DNA of 64,000 bases from Sumerlaeia bacterium (lineage in GTDB: Bacteria; Sumerlaeota; Sumerlaeia; SLMS01; JAHLLQ01), in assembly GCA_040219255.1 (NCBI GenBank), contig JAVJSW010000039.1:125120-189119 (forward strand), in the 5' to 3' direction. Below, one piece after another: positions 39,622-48,922 of this stretch. Below the pieces are notes generated by a model, which was not told the DNA's origin, searched no databases, and saw only the letters and a program-made list of their open reading frames with translations. A program made the translations under genes and the position numbers. How positions within the stretch are numbered: the first letter of the stretch is position 1; each line of letters opens with the position of its first letter.

Positions 39622-41610
39622 TCAGCGCCGCTCGCGCTCTTGCTCAAGCCGTCCGTCCAAGGTGCCCGACGGGGGAACGAATGGAACCGTGTCGGCGGTC
39701 CTGAATTTCAGGCGATAGGGCACGTTCGATGGCCGATCGCCCGCCACGGTCTGAGCGCCCCGGCCCACGGTGATCGTGTATTCCGTGTCGTAATCCAGGA
39801 AGCCGGCCAGCACCAGCATGGACCAGCCGGTCGTCTGATCGTTGGCGACGTAAACGTTCGGGAAGGCCGGCGGGTCGGGCCGGATGGTGACATCGCGGGG
39901 GTCGATACTCTCGTGATCGATGGGCGCATTGAAGAAGAACCGCACCGGATGGGCCGTATCGACCAGAACGCCCTCGGCGCCCTGGGGCGGATCGGTGGCG
40001 ATGATTTCGACCGAACCGGTGCGGAAGCGCAGGTCGAAGGGGTCCTGCATCGGGATGCCGTCCACGTTGGTGGCCGCTTCGCTGACGGTGACGGTGTAAC
40101 GGGTGTCGTACCGGAGGGGATTGCCGCCGGGCGCGAAGCCCGCCATTTCGATCACGACGCGGTTCGGCTGGGCTAAGGGATGCATCCCGGCGGTCAGGAT
40201 TCGGGCCTGAACTTCCGGACGAATGCTGATGGCGGCTCGCAGTGATAGCGGGTCCATGGGCTGGCTGAAGGTGATGGAGATCACGGTCGGATTCGCCACC
40301 GTGACGTTGTTGGCCCCATCGGCCGGATCGCTTGCCACGACGACCGGATACTCGATATCCGGTTCGAGTTCGATCAGGCCGACGTCGGTCTGTTCGCCCG
40401 CGGCGACGTTCACGATGCGGGTCGCGGAGAGGTATCCCTGGCGCTCGGCCACTAGGTCGTAGGTTCCGGGCGCGATACCATCGATCGCGAAAGATCCGGT
40501 GCGGTCGGTCATCGCGAGGCGATCGGTGCCCAGAAGCGACACCATAACCCCGCCGGAGGATCCGTTCGCGGAATCGAGGAGCGTCACTACGCCCACGAGG
40601 GACCCGGTGCCGGCCGTGACGGCGTCGGGTTCGTAGAGCATGGTCAAATCGACCTGGGCGGATTCCAGTTCGGTCAGGTCCACCTCGACCGCTTCGGCCA
40701 CGCGGTAGTCCTCGGCCTGGGCCGTGATCAGGTAGCCGCCGGGCGCAAGACCGCCGATCTGCCACGAGCCGTCGGCGTTCGGCGTCGTCAACTGATCGGT
40801 GCCCACGAGGGAGACGATGGCCGTCGAGGGATCGCCCATGGGCGTACCATCGGGGCCCAGAAGCCGGACGCTGCCAAAGAGCGTCCGAGTGCCGGTGATG
40901 GCCGCCACATCGGGGGAAAGGGCCACCTCCGGCGCGGTGGTGGTTTCGTCGGCGATCACTTGGGCGGTGGTGGCCGTTTCCAGGTAGCCCGGCCGATTGA
41001 AGCGAAGTTCGTAAACGCCTTCGGGAATGTTGTAGAGCGTGTATTCGCCGGCGGTATCGGTCGCGGCGCGCAGACCGGTGCCGACGAGTTCGACGGTGAC
41101 ACCGCCGAGATCGTTGGTGTCGACGGTGGTGATCTTGCCGCGCAGGGTTCCAGCGTCATCCTGGCCACGGCGCCCGCCAGAGGCTTCCGCCGCCTTCAGG
41201 ATCGCGTCGGGCAGTTCCGCCACGGGCTGGGCCGCCATCGCGGCGGCGCGGGAAATCGAGAGATCGCCGATGACTCCCGGTTCGAGGTCCGGACGTTGGG
41301 CGCGGAAGGTGTAGTCGCCGGGGGGAAGGTTGCTGATGGTGTAGCGGCCTTCCTCATCGGTCCAGGCGGCAAAGGACGTGCCCGAGGCGAAAACGGTCAC
41401 ACCGCTCGGGTCCATGCCCCGGGGCACGGCCACGCGGCCGGCGACCTGGGCCAGGGCGGCGGCTTCGCCGCTGGCGGTGCCGTTGCCGTCGGCCGAGCCG
41501 TTCGACCCGTTCGCCTCCCCTTGAGGGCCCGACTGCCCGCATCCCGCGAGGACGACGGCGATCAGAAGAAAAAACAGGTGGCGAAACGGGGCGAGACGGC
41601 GGCGGTTCAT
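39622..41610 (-). CDS. Lipoprotein with carboxypeptidase-regulatory-like repeats and two Ig-like (Big_5/SbsA) domains
   Basis: LAGC lipobox; four 'TD..G.Y.I..L.PG.Y' repeats; 'P.DGA..V...I.ITFS.PMD' domains. Confidence 0.8.
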   Translation of the reverse strand: MNRRRLAPFRHLFFLLIAVVLAGCGQSGPQGEANGSNGSADGNGTASGEAAALAQVAGRVAVPRGMDPSGVTVFASGTSFAAWTDEEGRYTISNLPPGDYTFRAQRPDLEPGVIGDLSISRAAAMAAQPVAELPDAILKAAEASGGRRGQDDAGTLRGKITTVDTNDLGGVTVELVGTGLRAATDTAGEYTLYNIPEGVYELRFNRPGYLETATTAQVIADETTTAPEVALSPDVAAITGTRTLFGSVRLLGPDGTPMGDPSTAIVSLVGTDQLTTPNADGSWQIGGLAPGGYLITAQAEDYRVAEAVEVDLTELESAQVDLTMLYEPDAVTAGTGSLVGVVTLLDSANGSSGGVMVSLLGTDRLAMTDRTGSFAIDGIAPGTYDLVAERQGYLSATRIVNVAAGEQTDVGLIELEPDIEYPVVVASDPADGANNVTVANPTVISITFSQPMDPLSLRAAISIRPEVQARILTAGMHPLAQPNRVVIEMAGFAPGGNPLRYDTRYTVTVSEAATNVDGIPMQDPFDLRFRTGSVEIIATDPPQGAEGVLVDTAHPVRFFFNAPIDHESIDPRDVTIRPDPPAFPNVYVANDQTTGWSMLVLAGFLDYDTEYTITVGRGAQTVAGDRPSNVPYRLKFRTADTVPFVPPSGTLDGRLEQERERR

Positions 41611-42941
41611 TGGTATCGAAGGGCTTCCTTACGTTGAGTCAGCGCGGCGATGGTGGCCGGATCGTTCGCCCAGGCCCGTGCGACCTGCTCAGGTTTGAGG
41701 TCGCGATGGAGGGCGGCAACGATCAATGGTGTCCCAAATGGGCCGGATTCTCCTTCCGGCGGCAAGAGAGAAGGTTCTTGATCGATGGCCGCGAGCCACA
41801 AAGCGATGGCCGCCTGCATGATTGGCAGGTTGTCCTGAGCCGTCAGGCGAACGACCTTGTCGCCTGCCCGGGACGAAGCCAGGCCCGGCACCTGCAACGG
41901 CGCCAGTTCGCTCACAAATCGCACCGCGTCCTTGGGGACGGTGATCTCCAGCGTACCGGGCGAGAGCCGGGGCTTCATGCCATCGGGCAGGAGCGCCGCC
42001 ACCGCGGCGAGCGAGGCCGTCGCGTCATCCGTGTAAGCCACCCAGTCATCCAAGGATTCCGCCGGGTTGGCTCCGGCGAGGCGGTGGGCTTCGGCGAGCG
42101 GCTTGTACCCATCCATCCGTTTCCAGTTCAGGATCGGGACGATGCGCAGTTCGACGTTGATGCCAAAGGCATTGTTGAGCAGTTGCGCCGTCTCGGCGGT
42201 CGTCAGGGCGGGAACGGCCACGGTGGGAAGGAAGCTCTCGACCGAGCCGTATTCGCTCTCGTAGCCGACGGGGCCTTCCGGATCGGTCGTCAGAGCGTCA
42301 GGGCGGTCCAGAATCATGACGGGCAAACCGGCGAGGGAGGCTTGTTCGAGCACCGCGCCGAGAAAGGCGAATTCCGGGAGAAATCTTGCGCCCCGCAGGG
42401 CCAGGTCCACCACCACGACGTCGGCATCGGTCATCATGGACTCGGTGGGGCGCAGCGAACGCTCGGAGCGAACGAACGTCCGCACGTCGGGGCGAGTGGC
42501 CAGAACCTTGTTCATGGCGGAACTGCGGGCGGGCTGGGGCAATTCATCGTCGATGATCAGAACTCGGGTCACTTGGGGCCGGCGGGCGCGCAGCAGCGTT
42601 TCCAGCAGATGGCGCCCTTCGCTGTCCACCGCGGCGCGGTTCGTGACGACGAGGACGCGCTTGTTGTCGAGCCGCAGGAAGTCCTCGCGGACGAGTGTGT
42701 CGAGGCCGAGGGAGAAGCGGCGCTCGGGGCTGATCTCGGCCAAGACCGGATCGGTCAAGGGGACCAGCGTTTCGTCCGGTGCGATGGCGAGCTGCCCGGC
42801 GGAATAGGAGGGCGAGTCCTGGGCGGCAAGAGGGCCGATCAAAACGAAAGAAAGCGCGCAGACGGAAAAAAAGGAGCGGAGGGAGGAAATCACAAACGCA
42901 TCGACCATGAGAAAAACGGGACCCGGGAGGAGATTGTTCAC
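41607..42941 (-). CDS. Degenerate DUF1343/NamZ-like protein
   Basis: LGLDTL, KRVLVVTN, RPTESMM.DADVVVVD, ILDRPD match the DUF1343 layout; PEHG and DIQDVG motifs are altered. Confidence 0.6.
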   Translation of the reverse strand: MNNLLPGPVFLMVDAFVISSLRSFFSVCALSFVLIGPLAAQDSPSYSAGQLAIAPDETLVPLTDPVLAEISPERRFSLGLDTLVREDFLRLDNKRVLVVTNRAAVDSEGRHLLETLLRARRPQVTRVLIIDDELPQPARSSAMNKVLATRPDVRTFVRSERSLRPTESMMTDADVVVVDLALRGARFLPEFAFLGAVLEQASLAGLPVMILDRPDALTTDPEGPVGYESEYGSVESFLPTVAVPALTTAETAQLLNNAFGINVELRIVPILNWKRMDGYKPLAEAHRLAGANPAESLDDWVAYTDDATASLAAVAALLPDGMKPRLSPGTLEITVPKDAVRFVSELAPLQVPGLASSRAGDKVVRLTAQDNLPIMQAAIALWLAAIDQEPSLLPPEGESGPFGTPLIVAALHRDLKPEQVARAWANDPATIAALTQRKEALRYQ

Positions 42942-42965
42942 CCCGCCGGACTAAGGGATTGGAGC

Positions 42966-44969
42966 CTAGGTTTGCGGTTCGCCGTCTTGCGGGGGAAGGG
43001 AATTTGTCCAACGGGCGAAAGGGCGGGGGTACTGATAGGCCAACTGGGGCCGCCGGCGGAAGGCCCGGTCCCAAGCCACAAGGGCCTCGTCGGGGCGGCC
43101 GAGGCCCTCCAAGGCAAGGGCTTGTCGAACATGTAACTCGATAGCGTTCAGGCGTTCATAGACGATGGGCAGCTCGGCCAGGACGTCCTCGTAGCGCTGC
43201 TGGCGGAACCATAGCTCGGTCAGGGCGGCGCGAGCGTCCACGTGGCCAGGGTCGAGGGCGAGGGCCCGGCGGGCGATTTCTTCCAGTTTCTGGGGCGAGG
43301 GCGCCAGCATCGGGGGTTTGCGCATGCCTTCATAGACGGTGCGCCACGCCATGTTGGCCCGCAGGCGGTCCGTGCTCTGCCAGCCCAGCCAGCCCGCCGC
43401 CGCCAGCACCAGCGCCACGGCGAAGGGCGCGGCGGCCTTTGGCACGCGCGGCTCGGCCAGAAGTTCGGTGGGCACGTGCATGTTCTTGAACATGATCCCG
43501 AGCCGCACACCCGGATAGTTGCGCCGCACGGGAAAGACGAGGTCCGAAACGCCGCCGCGCTTGGGCAGCACCAGCGGCAGCACAATCAGGCAAAAGAACA
43601 GGGCGGAAGACACGGGCAGTTCGAGCGGGAAAGACATCTGGCCCTGGATGCCAATCGCCACCAGCATGGCGATTCCGAGGGAAAGCACGACGGCGTTGCC
43701 ATAGGATTCCTCGCGCCGCCGGGTGCCCATGGCATGGATGGCGGCGCCCACGAGGGCGATCAGCAGCGCCACGCCGAGAATGCCGGTTTCGCTCCAGGTC
43801 TGGAGCAGGCTGTTGTGCGCCGCATTGGTCCAGGACCCCGCGTAGGCCGACAGTTCGGGGTCGCTGTGGATGGCGGGCGAAATCGTGGCCGGATAGACCC
43901 AGGTGAAATTGCCCGCTCCCCAGCCGAACCAGGGGCGCTCGGCCACCATCTGAAGCGTCGTCAGCCAAATCGCCACGCGGGTCGAACCGCCTTCCTTCCA
44001 GCGGCCCGAGGAGAAGGCCTGGCCGAAAATGCCGCCGGAGAGGGCGCCGACCTCGACGGTGCCTTCGCGATTCCAGACGGCGGACCCGTGCGGGTTCGCC
44101 GGGTGATCGACGACGAAGAAGGCCACAACGAGTACCCATCCCGCCGCGAGAAAGCCGAGGCGCCGGGCGCGCTTGCGCCACCAGGGCAGGCGCCACTTTT
44201 TCCTCATCAGCCACACCAGCAGTCCGCAGGCGGCAAGCAGGCTGGCGTTGCTGTGCACCGACCACGCGACGATCAGCGCAGCGGAGAACACCCAAAGGCA
44301 AACCGCCAGCAGACTGAAGGCGCGCTTGCTGTACGTCGTCAGCGCCAGCACCAGCGCGACCAGGAAACCCTGGACGATGAAGTCGGCGGCGTGGCCGCTG
44401 TTACCGAGGCTGGCGGCGCCGATCACATCGCGCCAGTCGCCGAGCCTCGCCAGCACGCGAGATTGCGCGAAGGCGGCCTCGAAATCGTTGAACAACGCCC
44501 AGCCCGCGACGCCCAGCGCCGCCAGTACGAGCACCCAGCCGAGAGCCAGGATGCGCCGCCGGTCCTCCTGGAGCACCGTCGGCAGCAGGAGTGCGAGACC
44601 CACGAAGGTCGCGGTTTGGCGCACCTGATCCGCGCCAAGCCCAGGCGAGGGCGCCCACAGAACGCTGATCCCCTGCCAAAGAACCCACGCGAGGAGGAAG
44701 GCGGTGATGGGCCGGAGCGGCAGGCGGAAGCTGCGGCCATAAAACGAAGCCGCCAGTGTCAGCGCGAGAACGACCCACAATCCCGCGCGAAAGAACACGT
44801 CCTTTGCCAGGACGAACGAGTCGTGCGCGGCGGGCCAGATGAAGAGCGGGCCGAGGAGCAACAAAAAGACCACGCTCGCGAAGGGCAGAGCGTGGAGGAG
44901 CGATCGATCGGTGAAGGCGCGGACGAACCCCGGTGCGGGGCCGCCGCGCTGGCGCTGGCCTTCGGTCAT
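42966..44969 (-). CDS. O-antigen ligase (Wzy_C/WaaL/PglL-like) family protein with C-terminal TPR
   Basis: Multi-TM; LGN, R..IW......ERPWFGWGAGNF, AHNSLLQTWSETGILG. Confidence 0.85.
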   Translation of the reverse strand: MTEGQRQRGGPAPGFVRAFTDRSLLHALPFASVVFLLLLGPLFIWPAAHDSFVLAKDVFFRAGLWVVLALTLAASFYGRSFRLPLRPITAFLLAWVLWQGISVLWAPSPGLGADQVRQTATFVGLALLLPTVLQEDRRRILALGWVLVLAALGVAGWALFNDFEAAFAQSRVLARLGDWRDVIGAASLGNSGHAADFIVQGFLVALVLALTTYSKRAFSLLAVCLWVFSAALIVAWSVHSNASLLAACGLLVWLMRKKWRLPWWRKRARRLGFLAAGWVLVVAFFVVDHPANPHGSAVWNREGTVEVGALSGGIFGQAFSSGRWKEGGSTRVAIWLTTLQMVAERPWFGWGAGNFTWVYPATISPAIHSDPELSAYAGSWTNAAHNSLLQTWSETGILGVALLIALVGAAIHAMGTRRREESYGNAVVLSLGIAMLVAIGIQGQMSFPLELPVSSALFFCLIVLPLVLPKRGGVSDLVFPVRRNYPGVRLGIMFKNMHVPTELLAEPRVPKAAAPFAVALVLAAAGWLGWQSTDRLRANMAWRTVYEGMRKPPMLAPSPQKLEEIARRALALDPGHVDARAALTELWFRQQRYEDVLAELPIVYERLNAIELHVRQALALEGLGRPDEALVAWDRAFRRRPQLAYQYPRPFARWTNSLPPQDGEPQT

Positions 44970-45925
44970 GGCGTGCGCTCGGCGAGGAGGCCGACCTGGG
45001 CGCGCTGCTCGGCCAGGACGTCAAACAGGGTTTGCTTCAGCGAAATGCGCGGTTCCCAGCCGACGACTTCCCGGACGAGGGAGGCGTCGCCGCTGAGTTC
45101 GCTGGCCTTTTCGTCGCGATAGCGGTCCGGATCGAGAACCGACTCGACCGGCGAGACGGTCAGGGTGAGCATCAGATCGAGGATTTCCTCGATGGAGTAG
45201 CTCTTGCCCGAGCAGATGTTGAAGGTGCCGGCGCTGAGGTTGGCCTCGGCGATCAGACGATAGGCCCTGGCCACATCGCGGGCGTCGGTGAAATCGCGGT
45301 GCGAGCTGATGTTGCCGTGGCCGAGGCGTTTCTGGAATCCGGCCTCCACCATGGCGATCTGGCGGGCGAAGGCGGGGACGACGAACTTCTCGGTCTGGCC
45401 CGGGCCGGTGTGGCTGAAGGGGCGCACGATGACCACGCGGCAGCCGAAGCGTTTGCCGACGACCTTGGCCATGTGTTCGGCGGCGACTTTGCTTGCGGCG
45501 TAGGGCGTGTGGGGACGGATCGGACTTCTTTCCGTCAAAGGCAGCTCGTTGGGTTCGGGCCGGCCGTAGACGTCGGAGGAACTGGCGAAAATCAGCAGCG
45601 GGGAATCGAGCAACTCGCCCGCCGCCCGCGTCAGGTGCGCCGTCGAGAAGACGTTGGTCTGGAAGGTGGCTTCCGGAATGGCCCAGGAGTGGGCCGGATT
45701 GCTCTGGGCGGCGAGGTGAACGATGATTTCCGGCTTGGCGGTCGAGACGACGGCGCGAACTTCGTCGGCGTCGGTGAGATCGGCGACGAGGGCTTCGCCG
45801 GTTTCCAGGCGGGGATCGGCGAAGGGCCGCCGGCTGGTGGCCCACAAGGTGTGGCCGCAGGAAACGAACTCATCGATGCAATGGGATGCAACGAAACCGC
45901 CGGCGCCAGTGAGGAGAATGTTCAT
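44966..45925 (-). CDS. NDP-sugar extended SDR, GDP-4-keto-6-deoxymannose reductase (Rmd)/GDP-mannose dehydratase-like
   Basis: ILLTGAGGFVA, HLAAQS, SSSDVYG, PYAASK, RPFSHTGPGQ, RDFTDARDV. Confidence 0.82.
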   Translation of the reverse strand: MNILLTGAGGFVASHCIDEFVSCGHTLWATSRRPFADPRLETGEALVADLTDADEVRAVVSTAKPEIIVHLAAQSNPAHSWAIPEATFQTNVFSTAHLTRAAGELLDSPLLIFASSSDVYGRPEPNELPLTERSPIRPHTPYAASKVAAEHMAKVVGKRFGCRVVIVRPFSHTGPGQTEKFVVPAFARQIAMVEAGFQKRLGHGNISSHRDFTDARDVARAYRLIAEANLSAGTFNICSGKSYSIEEILDLMLTLTVSPVESVLDPDRYRDEKASELSGDASLVREVVGWEPRISLKQTLFDVLAEQRAQVGLLAERTP

Positions 45926-47895
45926 GGTGGAGGCGGGTTTCCTTTCGGCGATGTGTCATAAATATAAACGATGACTGAAAGGCCATGCAACTGAAATGCG
46001 GCGGGCTGAAGAGCCGGATAAACTCGGATCGACTCGACGCCGTTGGGCGATTCGGGCCACACCGCGAAGAAGTGGGAAATGCCCCAGTATTCCAGCGGAT
46101 AGGCGAGAACGGCTTCGCCCGGACTGGACGCCGCGGCTTTCCCCAAGGGCGCCTCCGCGCGGCCCTCGCCTGTGAGAACCAACTGCCCCGGCGGAAGACC
46201 GACCTCATACACGAGAGCCCCTTCGACTCCTAGCGTGTACCCTTCTAGAATGGGCTCCGTGGAATGCAGCGTCAACGGGCCGATGGTTGTAAAAGAATCA
46301 TCGGGCGCATCTCCTGCTGACAGTGGGTAAGTTTCTGCCGAGACGACGGTGCGGACGTGCAAGGTGGCGCCGGGCTGGAGGGCGAGAACGATCGTTCCCT
46401 CGCGCGACGGCGGCGCGAGAGCGGGGCGCAGGCGGTGTTCTCCCCCGCCGGTCAGGGGCAGCAGGGCTTCATCCGTGGGCGAACCGGCGGGCAGGTGGAT
46501 GCGGGGGGCGGGCGCGCCAGGGTGCTCCCATTGCCACATGGTCTGGAGCGCCAGGTAGCCGGTGCGGCCCGGCAGGCGAACGCCTTGGGCCGGGTCGTAC
46601 GGAGGCTCGAGGAACACGAAGTCGGCGGGGGTTTCGCGGGCGAGAAGCTCGGCAAAGGCGGCGTCGAGGGCTCGCTCGTTGGCCGCGCGGGCCCGGGCCC
46701 AGACGGCCTGATCGAGAGCGGCGAAGAGCCCCATGAGGGGCAAGACGGTAAGGGCGAGGGCGAGGAGGACATGGCGTTGCCTTTCCCGTTGAGGGAAGAA
46801 ATGCCCGGCCGCGCCGGCGAGTCCGAGGGCCGCGAAGGCGACTGGCAGCAGCAGGAGCCGTCCTTCTCTCATAGGTGCGACGCCAAGTCCCCACATGGGG
46901 AGCAAAAGGAACAAGAAAGACAAAACAGACAAAAGAAGCGGACGCGAGAACCGGCTCGCGGCCAGGAGAACCAGGGCCCCTGCGATCACCGCGGCGCCGC
47001 CTTGCCAGGGATAGGCCGCCTGGCCGGGCATGATCGGCAGCGGCATCGCGAGCGCCGCGGGATAGGTGAGCCAGGACCGGAGCACTTCACCGATGGTCAG
47101 GGCTTCTCCACGGATATCATGATACGCCCCAATGCCTGGAATGGCCCATCGCCGCAGGAGCAGGTAGGCGATACCGCTGGCGATGGGAAGCAGGGCGGCG
47201 GTCAGGGCGAAGCGGCGCGGCAGGCCACGGGGACGCAGAAGCACCACCGCCAGGGGCAGGATCGCCGCCCCGGCGATACCGATTTCCTTGCTGAAAAGAG
47301 CGGCCCAGAAGGCGGCGGCGCTCGCCGCCAGCCAGCGCCAGGAGGCGCGTTCAAGGGCGATGAGGAGGAAGGCGAGGCTCCATAGAAGGGCGGCGGCGGT
47401 TTGCAGATCGGTGCGGCCGCTGAGCCAGGCGACGGCCTCGACGGACGGGGGAAAGCACGCGACCCAGAGAGCCGCCAGCGCGGCCAGAGGCGCGGAGCGG
47501 CGGGTCAACTTCCACCCCGCCACGAAGACGCCCGCCAGCAGCGCCAGAAACAGCGCGTGATTGGTCATGTGGTAGCCGAGCGGATTGGGCCCCCAGAGGA
47601 CTTCGTCGATCCAGAAGGTGACCCGGATCAGGGGACGATAGAGGGAGCCGGGCGTGGAGCCGCCACTGTTCCAGTCGCCGGAAAAAGTGGCGAAGACTTC
47701 GCCGAGGGAGCGGGGCCGGACCTGGAACCAATCGTCGGCGTGAAAGCCGCCCAGGAGCGAGGGCGAACTGACGAGGAACCCGGTAAGGAGAACAGCGGCA
47801 AGCCAGCGCCAGGGGAAGGGCGCGGGAGGCGCCGCCGCGTCAAGAGGTGGCGGGATCGATGTCGTATCCGACGACGAGTTGCTGGTATTTCTCAA
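45922..47895 (-). CDS. GT-C fold membrane glycosyltransferase (GT39/TMTC-like)
   Basis: F.ADD, YRPL, P.GYH..N, EAVAWLSGR.D, ALFSKE. Start uncertain: in-frame TTG47895 or TTG48009, both overlapping the TPR gene. Confidence 0.75.
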   Translation of the reverse strand: MRNTSNSSSDTTSIPPPLDAAAPPAPFPWRWLAAVLLTGFLVSSPSLLGGFHADDWFQVRPRSLGEVFATFSGDWNSGGSTPGSLYRPLIRVTFWIDEVLWGPNPLGYHMTNHALFLALLAGVFVAGWKLTRRSAPLAALAALWVACFPPSVEAVAWLSGRTDLQTAAALLWSLAFLLIALERASWRWLAASAAAFWAALFSKEIGIAGAAILPLAVVLLRPRGLPRRFALTAALLPIASGIAYLLLRRWAIPGIGAYHDIRGEALTIGEVLRSWLTYPAALAMPLPIMPGQAAYPWQGGAAVIAGALVLLAASRFSRPLLLSVLSFLFLLLPMWGLGVAPMREGRLLLLPVAFAALGLAGAAGHFFPQRERQRHVLLALALTVLPLMGLFAALDQAVWARARAANERALDAAFAELLARETPADFVFLEPPYDPAQGVRLPGRTGYLALQTMWQWEHPGAPAPRIHLPAGSPTDEALLPLTGGGEHRLRPALAPPSREGTIVLALQPGATLHVRTVVSAETYPLSAGDAPDDSFTTIGPLTLHSTEPILEGYTLGVEGALVYEVGLPPGQLVLTGEGRAEAPLGKAAASSPGEAVLAYPLEYWGISHFFAVWPESPNGVESIRVYPALQPAAFQLHGLSVIVYIYDTSPKGNPPPP

Positions 47896-48922
47896 AGTTG
47901 AGGTCCATGGCGCGTTCGGCGGCGACGCGGGCTTTGTCTTTTTCGCCAAGCCGGTAAAGGGCGACGGCCCTGTCGAAATGCAGTTCGACGGAATTGGGCG
48001 CAATGCCAACGGCGCGGTCGAGGGCGCTCAACGCCGGTTTCCACTGCTGGTTCTGAATGAAAACGAGGGCCACGGCGTGGAAGAGGGACGCGTCACCGAC
48101 GCGTTCGCGTTCGAGCAGTTCGTAAACGTACTGGGCGCCTTCCGATCCCTCCTCCATCTCCTTGGAAAGGGCCAGCATGGCCATGAGGGCGACGCGGTTG
48201 GTGGGTTCTTTGGCGAGCGATTCGCGGTAGAGGTCCTTGGCTCTCTGGCGCTCGCCCTCGTGAAGGGCGATGGCGGCGCGGGCACGCAGAGCCGGAGCGG
48301 AGTCCTGCTGCTCGGCGGTGGCGCCATCCAGCGTGGCGCGGGCTTCGTCCCAGCGATTCAGACGCGTGGCGACGTCGGCAAGGGCGAGGCGGGCTTTCTC
48401 CAGCGAGGGTTCGGTTTCCAGAGCGGCCTGGTACTCGGCCATGGCCATGGGGAGTTCATGGTAGACTTCGTGGGCGCGGGCCTGTTCGAAGTGGGATTGG
48501 GCCTGATCGCCGGCCCACCAGGCGATGTCGGCCAGATAGACGTAGGCGCTGGCGAGGGTGGGGCAGTACTCTATGGCTTTTTGGAGTTCCTGGCGTGCGG
48601 CGGCGACGCGTTCGTCGCCGGCCATCAGCCCGGCGGACTTGGGGTTGCGTTCGCCGGACGCGGCCTTGCCTTCCAGGTTCGTGGCGACATCCTGGCGCAT
48701 GGAATTCCAATGGCGCTTGCCGGCTTCCTGATAGATTTCGGCGATCCGGCAGGTTTCATCGGATTCGAAGATCCCTTCGCGCAGGAAGTGGGCGCCAGTG
48801 AAGCGGATCGAAACCAGCGCGATGACCGCCGCGCCCAAGACGATGCCCCAGACGGGGGCCATGCGTTTGAACTCGACGAGGATGGAAGCGTTGGGATCGC
48901 GCCGTTGTGCGGGACTGCTCAT
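47840..48922 (-). CDS. Membrane-anchored tetratricopeptide repeat protein
   Basis: N-terminal TM helix and multiple TPR-like helical repeats; ATGA overlap with the C25 gene. Confidence 0.8.
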   Translation of the reverse strand: MSSPAQRRDPNASILVEFKRMAPVWGIVLGAAVIALVSIRFTGAHFLREGIFESDETCRIAEIYQEAGKRHWNSMRQDVATNLEGKAASGERNPKSAGLMAGDERVAAARQELQKAIEYCPTLASAYVYLADIAWWAGDQAQSHFEQARAHEVYHELPMAMAEYQAALETEPSLEKARLALADVATRLNRWDEARATLDGATAEQQDSAPALRARAAIALHEGERQRAKDLYRESLAKEPTNRVALMAMLALSKEMEEGSEGAQYVYELLERERVGDASLFHAVALVFIQNQQWKPALSALDRAVGIAPNSVELHFDRAVALYRLGEKDKARVAAERAMDLNFEKYQQLVVGYDIDPATS

